Positions 1 through 12,283 of a DNA stretch of 64,000 nucleotides are shown piece by piece (within the stretch, counting starts at the first letter, position 1; each line of letters opens with the position of its first letter). A program made the translations under genes and the position numbers. Location of the stretch: the NCBI GenBank assembly GCA_030264375.1, contig JASCQW010000156.1, positions 26,816,761 through 26,880,760 on the forward strand, given 5' to 3'. A model generated the notes under the pieces. The model saw only the letters and a program-made list of their open reading frames with translations. It was not told the origin of the DNA and did no database searches. Origin of the DNA: Carcharhinus longimanus (Eukaryota).

Positions 1-961
1 TGTCTGCATTTGAAGAGTTACTTCTGATGAAATGGCAGGGTGGGGTGGGGGGGGGGGGGTGGTGGCGGTGTTCCATATGAACGTTTGTGTACTGGGGTGG
101 TATTTAGAAATGGTGCCCCGATCTTTAATAAACTAAGCTGCTGGTGAGTCTGCCCTGCCAGTGGGATGTTGTGCCTCTCACCAATTTTTTTTCAATGTTC
201 CCAACTACGCAGCAGAAACAGGCAATGTTGCTGCCAGAATCTTCAATGCTGCTTTTCCTGCCCGCTATCGGCCTTTGCTGATATTTGGGAAAAGTCCACC
301 ACCAGATCTTCCTAATGGCTCAGTTACATACTGGTCAGCACTAATTGAACTTCCAAAGAGGCCAGTTTGTGTATTATTTAAATAACCATCACAATAATGG
401 TATTACTTCATGATTAAGGACAATTCTAATGTTTTGGGTATTAATGACACTAATGACATGATTTTGGACAACTCACAGGTTGTTTCAATTTTCTTAGATT
501 TATTATTGAGAATGCATATTTTCCTAAAACTGAAGACCATCCAGGGATCTGGCATCTTCCTAAATTACACTACAATGTTCAGTGAACTTCTGGAAAGCTG
601 CTAGATTTATAGTATTTTCAATTAAGAGACTGCAACATTGGTTATATACTTGAAAAGGGAAAATTCATCCGGCTATTGGGAAAGTGCAGGAGATTGGGAT
701 TAATTAGACAGTTCTCCGGACAGGTAGCTTGGGCTGAATGGTCTCCTTCTGTGATGTAACATTCTATTATATGTTCATACTCCATTCAAATAATTATAAT
801 TGATCCATTTGGAGAAAAATAATGATTGCAAAAATAAAACTGAGAAAAAAGTTCATTCGGCTACCAACCTAAATGTTACAAGAAGTCTCTCCAGTCATAC
901 AAAGTCTTTAGATTCTTACATTAAAGATTGCTTAGTCCATAAAAGCAAAGTCTCATTGATT

Positions 962-1882
962 TAGAGATATACAGTATGGAAACAGATGTTTAGGCACAAC
1001 TCATCCATGCCAACCAGGTTTCCTGAACTGAACTAGTCCCATTTGCCTACATTTGGCCCATATCCCTCTAAACATTTCCCATCCATGTACCTGTCCAAAT
1101 GTATTTTAAATGTTGTAATTGTCCCCGCCTTTACCACCTCCTCTGGCAGCTCATTCCATATACACACCATCCTCTGTGTAAAAAAGTTGACCCTCAGGTC
1201 CCTTTTAAGTTTTTTCCCTCTCACCTTAAACCTATGCCCTCTAGTTTTGGACTCCCCTACCCTGGGGGAAAGACCTTGGTTATTCACCTGATCTAAACCC
1301 CTCATGATTTTATAAATCTCTCTGAGGTCACCCCTCATCCTCCTACACTCCAAGGAAAAAACTCCCAGCCTATCCGGCCTCTCTTTATAATTCAAACCTT
1401 CAGTTCTTATAACGTCCTTGTAAATCTTTTTGTTTAATTACATCCTTTCTATAGCAGAACAACCAGAATTGAATGCAGTACTCCAAATGTGGCCTTATCA
1501 ATGTCTTGTACAGTTGTAATGTAGGCCTGAATTTTATTGCCCCGGTAATCGGAGCTAGCGAGCGGCGGACATTGGAAAGGTATGTTGACCTTGGGTGTGA
1601 TTTTATGGTTTCAGGATGAGCAGGGCTGTAAAATCCCGCCCATAATGTCCCAACTCCTGTACCCAATGCTCTGACAGATGGAAGGCAAGTGTGCCAAATG
1701 CCTTCTTCACCACCCTGTCTACCTGTGATGCCACTTTCAAGGAATTATATACCTGCACCCCTAAGGCTGTTTGTTCAACAACAATCCCCAGGGCCCTACC
1801 ATTAACTGTGTACATCTTACCCCAAAATGGAACACCTTGCATTTATTTGAATTAAACTCCATTTGCCATTCCACGCCCCACT
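962..1882 (-). mobile_element. CR1-clade LINE (HER1-like) 3' fragment, interrupted by a MITE
   Basis: Minus ORFs LYKTLIRPHLEYCIQFW and RRMRGDLREIYKIMRGLD..TRGHRFKV..FFTQRMVCIWNELPEEVV are the CR1 ORF2 C-terminus. Confidence 0.9.
1524..1641. mobile_element. Harbinger/PIF-like MITE inserted in CR1
   Basis: TIRs GGCCTGAATTTTA / TAAAATCCCGCCC with 3-bp flanks GTA/ATA. The CR1 sequence resumes on both sides. Confidence 0.7.
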
Positions 1883-2562
1883 TGTCGGACTTGTCGGACT
1901 TCCTGCTGAGTACCTTCCAAGGAGTACCATTTTTTTCCTCCTGTACTTACTGATCCACTGTGCTTCACTGTGAACTTTATACCTGCAACAGAAGCATAAA
2001 TTAGTGTGTGCAAGTGCTGAGCCACAAGAGTCTGTCCCCAGCAATATAATTAGTCAGCTTTTAACAGTATCCTGAGATGTTGTCTGAAATAAATTTAATC
2101 AGATGACAGCCGTGCTTAGAGTTTAGATGAAAACGGATATGTATTTCCTAGTGCTAGCCTGGCAAGGGCTTGTGTGTCTTCGGCCAAGTTTAATATGCAA
2201 ACTCCCATCAATATTTGATGGTTTCATAAAGAGATTTCATGGGACTGAGTTGCGAAGGAGGGAGGCAAGCAAAAAAAAAAGATGGTGTTAGTGGAGCCAG
2301 CATGAAAGCAAGAAAATTTCAAAAATTCGCTTTGAATCAAAGAAAATAATTTAAAAAGGCATTTAGTTCCCTTGTGACCCCTGATTAAAGCCCACCCGAC
2401 TTCTGCATATCCTAATTCTAGCATGGGCATCAATATCCTTTCAGTGCCTCATTCAAAGTAATCATTACTTAGTGTTAGCATAGCCATGCATCAGCAGGTC
2501 ACTCGACCTTGGAGGGCATCACAGCTGAGTCAATTTTATTTTCTAATAATGGCGAAATAACT

Positions 2563-2842
2563 CTAGAATTATAGAATCGACAATGCAGAAGGAAGCCATT
2601 CAGCCCATCGAGCCGTATCCCCGTAACCCTGCTAATCCTCATGACATTAAAGGGGCAATTTAACATGGCCAATCCACCTAACCTGCATATCTTTGGAGTG
2701 TGGGAGGAAACCGGAGCACCTGAAGGAAACCCAAGCAGACATGGGGAGAACATGCAAACTCCACACAGTGACCCAAGCTGGGAATTGAACCCACGTCCCT
2801 AGTGTTGTGAAGCAGCAGTGCTAACCACTGTGCCACCCTGCT
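2563..2842 (-). mobile_element. tRNA-derived SINE (HE1/V-SINE type)
   Basis: Reverse strand has A-box GGCACAGTGGTTAGCAC, B-box GGTTCAATTCC, the central GGTTTCCTCCCACA domain and a CR1-like tail. Confidence 0.85.
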
Positions 2843-3164
2843 GCCACAGTGCTGGGAAGATGTGAACAGATTAAATTACTTGATCAGCCAATGAAAGCTG
2901 AGTTATCCAGCTAGACGTACGTAAAGTTGTACATAAATAAAGCCCAATGTTGAGCTAAATTGTTATTCAAATCAGAACACTGTAAAGAATATAAGGGCAT
3001 ATTCACAGAGGCTCCATTCTTGGCACAGAGCCTCACTGAGAGAGGCCATGTGTCAAGGATAGAATTTAATACCAAAATTCAGTTGCGCAATCCATACTCT
3101 TACCTAGTCCAAGAGCAGATCCTCACAGAGTTTACCCTTTCAGTTCCAGATCAGTTAGCAATGC

Positions 3165-3672
3165 CTGTGCCTGGGAGTCCGAAAGTTGTGAGTTTAAGTT
3201 CCTCTCTAGGATTCAGGACAAAACCTGAGGCTGATACTCAATGCAGCACAACGGAGTCATTTGGATGAGACATTAAACTTAGCACCTGTCTGCCACCTCA
3301 GGTGGATGTATTGGTCTCATGGGACTATGTTGAAGAAGAGCAGGGCTGGTATCCCGGCCAATATATAACCCACAGTCAACATCACAATAAATAGATCATC
3401 TGGTCGTTGCTGCTTGTGTGAGCTTGGTATATGTAACTTTGCTGCCACATAGGGGCTGGATTAGGTTACAGAGATAGGGAGGTTACAGAGATTGGTGGCA
3501 AGGGGGGAAGGGAGGAGGCTCAAGTGCCTAATTAGCCATCTCCTGCTCCTATTTCCTACATTAATGTATTTCCTACATTACGACAGTGACTACACCTCAA
3601 AGATACTTCATTGGTGCAAAATGCTTTGAGATGTCTTGTTGCCGTGAAAGACGCTATATGAATGCAAATTTT
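3165..3672 (+). mobile_element. Old Deu-domain SINE (SacSINE1/AmnSINE1-like)
   Basis: GGATGAGACATTAAAC..CTCAGGTGGATGTA..GAAGAAGAGCAGGG core and L2-like tail GAAAGACGCTATATGAATGCAA. Related copies at 11215 and 22700. Confidence 0.7.
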
Positions 3673-3682
3673 TTTTTTAATC

Positions 3683-4280
3683 AATCCTTTATCAATCGAG
3701 GCATAGATTACAAAGCAGGGAAGTCATGTTGGAGTTGTATAGAACTTTGGTGAGGCCACAGCTGGAGTACTGTGTGGAGTTCTGGTTACCTCATTATAAG
3801 GATATGATTGCATTGGAGAGGGTGTAGAGGAGATTCACCAGTATGCTGCCTGGGATGGAGCAACTAAGTTATGACGAGAGGTTGGATAGACTTGGGTTGT
3901 TTTCATTGGAGCAGGGAATACTGAGGGGTATGGACAGAGTGTGTGACAAGCAGCTGTTCCCATTAATTGAACGGTCAATCACGAGGGGACATAAGTTCAA
4001 GATGAGGGGCAGGAGGTTTTGAGGGGATGTGAGGAAAAAATTTTTACCCAGAGGATGGTGATGGTCTGGAATGCGCTGCTTGGGAGGGTGGTGGAGGCGG
4101 GTTGCCTCACATCCTTTAAAAAGTACAGGGATGAGCACTTGGTACATCATAACACTCAGTGCTACGGGCCAAGTGCTGGTAAATGGGATTTGGTGGGAGT
4201 CAGGTGTTTCACACATGTTGGTGCTGACTTGATTGGCCAAAGGGCCTCTTTTGTACTGTATGATCTTTTGATTCTTTACA
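3683..4280 (+). mobile_element. CR1-clade LINE 3' fragment
   Basis: LYRTLVRPQLEYCVEFW and FTQRMVMVWNALLGRVVEAG motifs. Confidence 0.9.
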
Positions 4281-5292
4281 GTTTGAGACCAGCTACACTA
4301 AATTCATCAGCTCTATAGTATTATAGTCCACCTACCACGGGAATCAAAGCGGGGGGAGAAACAGACAATGGGAAGGTTCAATGACCTTAGGCTGAGTGAG
4401 GCTGTAAAATCCTGCCGTTAATGTACAAGCATATACTCACTTTAGAAAGGGTCACCAGAGAGTGAACAGGAATAGGGGTCTTGTGTAAATTTTCCTTTCT
4501 CCATTTTACTGGCGCACTAAGTTGAAATGTTGTGCCCATTGGTTCCACTGACTGAAATCAGGGGCTGTATTACTGAGGTGGGCAACCTGAAAAGATGACA
4601 CTGATGTCATGTATCACAACCTCCTGCCCCCAATCCCAGCTCTATTGGTCTTAGTGAGGGTGACAAGTGGTTGCCTGCACCATTAATCACAGCCATTGAC
4701 GTGATTAAGCACTTCTTAATACCTTGCCTTCCAAGATAACAACATTTTCACATGGGGTGGGTGGCCGTTGGGAGCTGTATAAAAGTCGGGAATGGCTTCA
4801 GTTTATCTGGAATTGAGCTGGCAGCATGAAAAATATTTTATTTGATTGGAAAAAGTGTGAATTTTGAAGAAAACATATTGTGCAGCAATGGAATTTTAAT
4901 AACATTAACATTTCCTCCATATCTTGGGTTCCAGATCTCCGTCTGACCTAGCCAACTTGAATTTGCAGATGCTTTAAATTTTTTTTAAGATTACACTTCA
5001 CCACAGCAAAGGTCACCGAGCTGTGCCGGAATACAGTCCGCTTCTTTAGTGCTCTGCCTCCATTTTTGCCTCTTTCCCTCCCTCCTCCAGCCACTAATTG
5101 GCCAACACTTTACCAATTAACCCCTCACCTTCACCAATATCAGGAGCTCTCACCTGCTTCCTGTCAAGAGTGCGTTCATGACACAAAAATGAGCCCACCT
5201 CATAAACCCTGCCCCTCACCCAAAATCAGTCCCGAGGTAGTTCAATAACAATGCCACTGCATGCCACCTTTAAAAAATATCAAAAGACCATA

Positions 5293-5500
5293 GAGTTATG
5301 ATCAGGCTCTTAGAGGTCAAGTGGTTCCCCTTTTTCCCAATTCCTTGTTTGACTTCAACAGATTCTTGTTTGAAAAGGATACACTTGCCAATTAAGTAAG
5401 TACTTAACTATTAACATGTTGTGTTCACAGAATAGCCAATGGCAGGTTTTCTTGTGTTTAACAAAGAAAGGGATTTAATTCTACTTACACTATCTAAGTA
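5293..5500. repeat. Solo-LTR-like dispersed repeat, one end (other end ~8400-8550)
   Basis: Similar to 38345-38560 (ACTTAACTATT..ACATG..CAGGTTTTCTTG..TAACAAAG). 8400-8550 resembles 39900-40045. Confidence 0.45.
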
Positions 5501-6199
5501 GAATCCATAGAATCCCTACATAGAAGGAGGCCATTCAGCTCATTGAGTCTGCACCAATTCTCCAACAGAGCGCCTTTACCCAAGCCCTATCCGCGTGGCC
5601 CCACATATTTACCCTGCTTATTCCCCTAACCTTCTCATGCAGTATTAAACATTGATCCTTTTGCGATTAGCATTCTTGTGAATCTATCCTGGGGGTGAGC
5701 GTAAGATGAAAAACTGCGACAGCATGTTTTTCTTTCAGCAAAATTGTAAATGTTAATCTTTCACAACTTGTCAACCATTATCCATAATGCTCAACATATT
5801 TTATCCTGTTGGTGTTGAATAATCTGTGTTGAAATATTTGAATAATTAATTTGTAACTGCAGCCACAGGGATTTAATTCCAGATCTGTTTTCCATGTTGC
5901 ACCATATGAAGGATACCTTGCACTCTTTTGACACTGCTCCTGTTCACTGATAACACTTTTGTTCAAGGAAATATCCTGGTTGGAAATGGGTCTCTGCAGA
6001 GCCGGATATAACTGGATTAATTCCCCATAACTACAATGTGATAGGTTTGAGACTTCTATTAATGTATTTTGTCATTTTTTGGTTGTTTTTAATTAAGTCT
6101 TTTTATTGCTTATTTGTTTCTGCTCTTTTGTCAGTAGTCATGTTTTCTGAAGTATTTTACATGTCGTTATATGTTTGATTATAATGAATGTGGACCCTT

Positions 6200-6562
6200 G
6201 GAAGCAACTCAGGGAAGGTTCACTAGGCTGATTCCTGGGATGAAAGGGTTGTCTTACAAGAAAAGTTTGAACAGGTATATCCATATGCATTGGAGTTTAG
6301 AAGAATGAGAAGTCATCTTATAGAAATGTAAGATTCTGTAGAGGCTTGATAGGGTAGATGCTGATGTTTCCCCTCATGGGGGATTCTAAAATTAGGGGGT
6401 ATAGTTGCCCACTTAAGTGGAAGATAAGGGGTCCCTTCTCTGAGAGTTGTTGGTCTATGGGATTCTCTTCCACAAAGAACAGGCTGGGTCATATTCAGAG
6501 CTGAGCTGGACAAATTATTGACCTACCAGGGAGTCCAGAGTTATTGGGCAGGCAGCAAAGTG
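6200..6562 (+). mobile_element. Degraded CR1 3' fragment (ends in gap)
   Basis: AGGTTCACTAGGCTGATTCCTGGGATGAAAGGG..GGAGTTTAGAAGAATGAGA CR1 motifs. Confidence 0.8.
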
Positions 6563-7052
6563 NNNNNNNNNNNNNNNNNNNNNNNNNNNNNNNNNNNNNN
6601 NNNNNNNNNNNNNNNNNNNNNNNNNNNNNNNNNNNNNNNNNNNNNNNNNNNNNNNNNNNNNNCCACCCCCACCCCCCCCCCCCCCCCCCACATGACCCTG
6701 TCATTGTGTATCATAACTCTACCCCTACTCAGGTCCCACCCCTTGGCACTCATGATGTCCAAATGGGCACTGCCAGGTTGTCATGTGGGAACTGCCAGGC
6801 TGACACTGCCCAGAGAGCACTGACTGCCCGTGTCACATACCACCTGGGGGCTTCAACCATTGAACTCTGCTACTGCAAAGCAAGAATGTCAGACCGATGA
6901 GGGTGGAAGTAGCTGTGCTGTTTTTGGTCATTTTTATGTTAAAGGACGCAAAGCCTTTCTCGGTACAAGCTGGATTTTTGGCCTCCCATGCTATCGTCCC
7001 AATTCACTTTATTAATTGACCAATGTGGCAAACTGATAAAATTTCACTCTTT

Positions 7053-8044
7053 GAGCCCAATTTTACCATTGTGTTGTGCCCACTTTTGGGCGTGAAAACT
7101 TGGTAAAGTCGGGTGTGAGGCCATTAATGCGATCCACGCCTGCATCCGCGCAGATGCCACTTTATCAAGGACCGAAAATGGCCGCAATCCGATTCGCACC
7201 CAAAACGGGTGCAACTGTGATTTAAATGCATTTGCATGTATTTAAATTGAATTAATGGACTGCCAACCCAACTTTACCAGCATTTCCCCCTTCACCATTG
7301 CATTCGCATGTCCAGATTTGGCCTGAGACAGACCTGCTCAGCAAAGTACTCCAGCTTTTGAAGAGGTATGTTCAGAGCTTCCAACGTCTCTCTGACACAG
7401 ATCGGTGGTGGAGGGGGGAGGGAGATGGGCCAGATCATTCTCTGGCGAGTGGGAAGGGCAGGGCGGGAGAAGGAAGGCCCGATCATTTTCTGATAGGGAG
7501 GGGGAGGGAAGGAGGAGATTGGTCAGATGTATCTGTAGTGGGCCAGGAAGGGGGAAGGGCAATCCAACCATTCTTTGGTTTGGGGCAGGGGAACGGAGGG
7601 AGGCCAGATGGATCCCAGGTGGGAGGGCAGGGACAGAGGGGGTCCGCTGCCACACTGCAGGCGATCAGTGGGTGGGAAAGGGGTATGAGTCGCAATTGGT
7701 CTAGGTAGTGGGGGGGGGGTGGATAAAAGGAATTGTTATGTTGTGGGGGCTGGGGGAATATCTGTGGGAGCCATTGCTCCCACTTTTTGTTTCCGAGCCA
7801 CTTCATCCACTTTTTGCAGCCCGGGAGCAATGTGACAGGGGCGCATTTTTCAAATTTTGTTTCACTGCGCATGTACAGTTCAAAACTCTGATCGGAGCTG
7901 CAGCGTTTCAGGCAGGATAAAGTCAGACTCGCAATTTTTTTTTCAGGCTACGTGCATATGGGGGCACCTGAGAACAGGTTTCCAAGTCAGATCTGAATTG
8001 CGCCCAGATTCAGCACTTAGAATCAAAATGGTAAAATCGGGCCT
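7053..8044. mobile_element. Non-autonomous DNA transposon (Harbinger-like), ~990 bp
   Basis: TIRs GAGCCCAATTTTACCATT / AATGGTAAAATCGGGCCT, with subterminal repeats of the motif and a purine/GC-rich interior lacking a real ORF. Confidence 0.65.
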
Positions 8045-8561
8045 GGGATCTTGTTCAAAGGGGCAGCTTATCTTTCCAAAAGGGGTACCTTGGTTATCTA
8101 AACACATCCACCAAATTGGAGCTCCCTTTACCTATTCTAATCTGCACACCTCAGATTCACTCCTGCTCTTCCAATTTCCTACTCCAGTGGAGGCACCCGG
8201 TGATTTAAATGGTTAGCTGTCTCTGTGAATTATGCATGTGTGAATCCCAGCCCATCTCCAGTCCCACCCCCACGAAGATGGGAAATGGCAGGGATTCAGG
8301 GATGAGGCCCAGCACTTTCTGCAAATCCAGGATTTTCAGAGTGGCCCTCCATTTTGCCAAAAATCGGAGCCATTGTCATTAATGGGTTTTGCAGATAGAC
8401 TGACTCCACTCCAATGAGAAGAGGATACAGTAATGCAAATTAGGTTTAGCCATCTTGGGCAGTGAGTTCAAGTCACTTTAGTCTCTGTGTTTTAAAAAGT
8501 TTGTTTATAAAAGCTCAGTTCAGGTTTCCAGCTAGTCATTATTCATAATCATTATTTGGCA

Positions 8562-8920
8562 TTTTTTTAATTCATGGGACATGGGTGCTGCTGGCTGGGC
8601 AACATTTATTGCTCATCCCTAGTTGGCTGAGAGCAATTGAGAGTCAACCACATTGCTGTGGCTCTAGAGTCACATATAGGTCAGACTGGGTAAGAATGGT
8701 AGATTTCCTTCCCTAAAGAACATTAGTAAAGCAGATGGGTTTTCCTGACAATCAACAGTGGATTCATGGGTTATCAGTAGATTCTTAATTCCAGATATTT
8801 TGTTCATGGAACTCAAATTCCATAATCTGCTGTGGTGGGATTTGAACACAGATTCCCAGAACATTAGCTGAGTTTCTGGATTAATAGTCTAGCAGTAATA
8901 CTACTAGGCCATCACCTCCC
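8562..8920 (-). mobile_element. tRNA-derived SINE (second family; sister copy at 55401-55995)
   Basis: Reverse reads GGGAGGTGATGGCCTAGTAGTA..GTTCAAATCCCACCACAGCAG..GCCACAGCAATGTGGTTGACTCTC..AATAAATGTTG. Confidence 0.75.
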
Positions 8921-9619
8921 TGGGGTGATGTGCATTAAGCATATCTTCATGACACAAGTTTATCCTTTAATTCTCAAAGGACGGTGATTTCGATTTTATT
9001 CTACCCAACGATTACCTTCAGAAACTGTAAGCTGATTTAGTGGTACAATTTTAAGTAAATTGTAAGTGTATGTTGGATATTTTATACTGGTTAATGGAAA
9101 ATTGGTAGGGTATTTTAAAGTCAGAAAGAGAGTCATAATTCAAGCTCCATCAATGGAACAGTTAAAAAGTGAAGTTATAATGGACTTTTCTTGAAATGTT
9201 CCTTCACAATGTGATTAGTACTTTTACTGATATGAGCATCAGTAATTTACAAGTCAATCAATTTAATCACCAAAGTTAAATTACGCCGCCAACATGATAT
9301 GGATATTTCAAAGTTGCGTGTTCCAGCAGGTCATCGATAATGGAGTTCTTCAGTAAAAAAGTGGCTTCCGACCATATCAGTAAAGTGCTTATCTTGTTGC
9401 CTTCTTAGCATGGTATCTGCGTCATTTAAGTCTTTTATTCTATTTTATGCTTCTTGGTCTGCAGAAATGTTAACATGTATGTGCTATTTTATCCAGTGCT
9501 AAGTTCCAATAACAAAAGTTTATTGTGTATATCTCCTTTGGGGGTTTAAAAGCTTGTTCTACCAATCCACAAGCTGCGTTACAAATATTATTAAATTTCA
9601 CAATAACAAAACAAGTTTC

Positions 9620-10090
9620 ATTTTTTCTCAAAAATATAACTGATTCATAAAATTTCTAAAGGTATATTACATAACAGGTTAATTTAAAATTACATAAAGT
9701 GCAAAACAGATCAGTTTCTCTCAATACACAATGTGGCATTCTGAAATACCTCACTACACTTTACATGTTATAGTTAATTTATTTCACGTCAAACATACAG
9801 CCCAAGGAATTTTACTTGGCTTCCAGCCCCTCAGTATATAATGGCGGGAGGGCTTTCGCCACTGAGACTGTGTGGTGGCTGCCCCAAGCTTTAGTCCTGT
9901 ACTTTGGAATATGCCAGCTTGCAACAATCAGTCATCAATAGCTCTTTACACTAGATGACAGCAGAATAAAGAGCATCTATCACCAGGCTGATGGTCCTTC
10001 AGTTTATATTTATCATGGTGTGCTTCCATGGAAACAGCTAGTAAAACACAGACTCCTGTACCATAGAGGTGCTAGGAATAAAGCCTAACA
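9620..10090 (-). mobile_element. L1-clade / Tx1-like LINE 3' remnant
   Basis: Reverse translation FIPSTSMVQESVFY*LFP..ININ*RTISLVIDAL..CCKLAYSKVQD resembles an L1/Tx1 ORF2 C-terminus, followed by an AT-rich 3' UTR. Confidence 0.55.
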
Positions 10091-10124
10091 AAAATCATTG
10101 CATCTATTTCCAGACCTGGTTTAT

Positions 10125-10357
10125 TCTTTAAGTTTAGTTTACAAGTAAGCTTACGTTAACACTGCAATGAAGTTACTGTGAAAATCTTCTAATTGGCACA
10201 TTCTGGTATCTGTTCAGGTTCATTGGAGGAGAATTTAGCATGGCTAATGCATCTAACCAGCACATCCTTTGGACTTTGGGAGGAAACCGGAGCACCCAGA
10301 GGAAACCCACGCAGACATGGGAGGAACATGCAGATTCCGCACAGACAGTGACCCAAG
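10125..10357 (-). mobile_element. V-SINE-type SINE, truncated by gap
   Basis: GGGAGGAAACCGGAGCACCC..ACAGACAGTGACCCAAG core. Tail TTAACACTGCAATGAAGTTACTGTGAAAAT is shared with copies at 35380, 45725, 50735 and 57350. Confidence 0.8.
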
Positions 10358-11214
10358 NNNNNNNNNNNNNNNNNNNNNNNNNNNNNNNNNNNNNNNNNNN
10401 NNNNNNNNNNNNNNNNNNNNNNNNNNNNNNNNNNNNNNNNNNNNNNNNNNNNNNNNNNNNNNNNNNNNNNNNNNNNNNNNNNNNNNNNNNNNNNNNNNNN
10501 NNNNNNNNNNNNNNNNNNNNNNNNNNNNNNNNNNNNNNNNNNNNNNNNNNNNNNNNNNNNNNNNNNNNNNNNNNNNNNNNNNNNNNNNNNNNNNNNNNNN
10601 NNNNNNNNNNNNNNNNNNNNNNNNNNNNNNNNNNNNNNNNNNNNNNNNNNNNNNNNNNNNNNNNNNNNNNNNNNNNNNTTATGGCACTCCACATTGGAAA
10701 CCAGATTGAGGGGAGACTAATTTAGGGACAATTTGTTACACCAATCAGCCTAACACCAGGGACAAAGAGAATCTCAACAACTAGTGAGACTTGATGTTTG
10801 TGTATCAAAGATCAATATAAAGTTCTATGCAGCCAATTCAAAGGTGGTAATTTTAAGTTTATTTTGTAAACCTTTTTCCATTCTCGTTTTCTCACCCCTT
10901 CTTTTTGGACATCTCTCCTCACATGCACCATCCGGGTCAAGAGAAATAATTGGCATGAACTTTGCTTTGAAATGACTCAGAGCAGCTCACCTTGTGCTTT
11001 TTCTGTCATTGGTGCTTCCGGAAAAAAGTCTCAAGTCCCTCAACGGTTCTCTTTGGTGCTAAAACTGAGATCGGGAACGCAGAACAATACATATCAAACT
11101 TCCATCATCCATCCCATTTTCTCATTTCTGCTCTTAATGTGTGGCTTCCTTTTAGCCACTTACTGATTTCCTTTCCAGTGTTTAAGAGGTACCCTATCAA
11201 ATCGGCAGAAAAGA

Positions 11215-11950
11215 AAGAAAAACTTTTGTTTATAGAATGCCTTTCACAACTGCCACACATCTGAAAGTGCTTTATAGCCAAGGAAGCATTTTTGCCGTGT
11301 AGTCACTGTCACCATGCAGGAAACACAGCAGTAAATTTGCCCACAGCAAACTCTCACCAACAGCAATGTGATAATCCTTTGCTGTAGGTTAAATGAGGGA
11401 TAAATATTGGTCAGGACATTGGGGATAACCTGCTGTTCTTCTTCAAAAAAACATCTCATGGGTTCTTTTGCATTTACCAGCAGAGGCAGGTGGGACTTTG
11501 GTTTAATATCCCACCCGACAGACGGCACCTCCAACAATGCGGCACGGTAGCACAGTGGTTAGCACTGCTGCTTCACAGTTCCATGGACCTGGATTTGATT
11601 CCCGGCTTGGGTCACTGTCTGTGTGGAGTTTGCCCATTGTCCTCATGTCTATGTGGGTTTTCTCTGGGTGTTCCGGTTTCCTCCCACAGTCCAAAGATGT
11701 GCAGGTTAGGTTGATTGCCCCTTAGTGTCCTGAGATGGTAGGTGAGAGGGATTAGCAGGTAAATGTGTAGGGATATGGGAGTCCGGCCTGGATGGGATTG
11801 TGGTCGGTATAGACTTGATGAGCCAGATGGCCTCTTTCTGCACTGTAGGGTTTCTATGATTCTATGATTCTAATCCCTGTACCACAATGGGACTTGAGCC
11901 CAGAACCTTGTGATGCAGAGCCAAGGGTGTTACTAACTGAGCCACAGAAA
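11215..11950 (-). mobile_element. Deu-domain SINE with a nested + strand HE1/V-SINE (11540-11872)
   Basis: Deu-SINE sequence flanks a complete GGCACGGTAGCACAGTGGTTAGCAC...TCTATGATTCTATGATTCT SINE. Confidence 0.8.
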
Positions 11951-12073
11951 AAAGTAATTATTTCAACATTGATGACAAGTGATCTTCAGATAGATATTCA
12001 GTTAATAACTAATAAAAACAGATAAAAATGGAAACAGCTGATAACTGTACTACCTGCTGCAAAATTGAGACAT

Positions 12074-12283
12074 TGGCCGGAATTCTCCAGCTGATCGCAC
12101 CAACGGGTTTCTCCGGTCCTGCCAGCAGTGCACCCCCACCTGTGGGTTTCCCGCCAGTGTGGGATGACGTCAATGAGTATTCCGATCAACAGTGGTGGGA
12201 CCAGAGAATTCCACCACTAGCAAACAACATGCCACCTCCCACTGACGGGAAACACATGGCTGGGAGGCTGGAGGATCTTTCCC
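12074..12283. mobile_element. Harbinger-like MITE
   Basis: TIRs TGGCCGGAATTCTCC / GGAGGATCTTTCCC with a partly palindromic interior. Similar ends at 40800-40923 and 42205-42327. Confidence 0.6.

Noticed and set aside
5640-5745. Possible third hammerhead-type repeat (CCTG..TGAG..AAGATGAAAA; similar at ~34510-34560)
   Set aside because: The cores are too degraded to support the call from sequence alone.
7292-7920. Several overlapping Gly/Pro-rich ORFs
   Set aside because: G-rich low-complexity interior of a non-autonomous TIR element, with no protein motif.
11540-11615. tRNA-like sequence with A and B boxes (many copies)
   Set aside because: These are SINE heads continuing into SINE core and LINE-derived tails, not tRNA genes.
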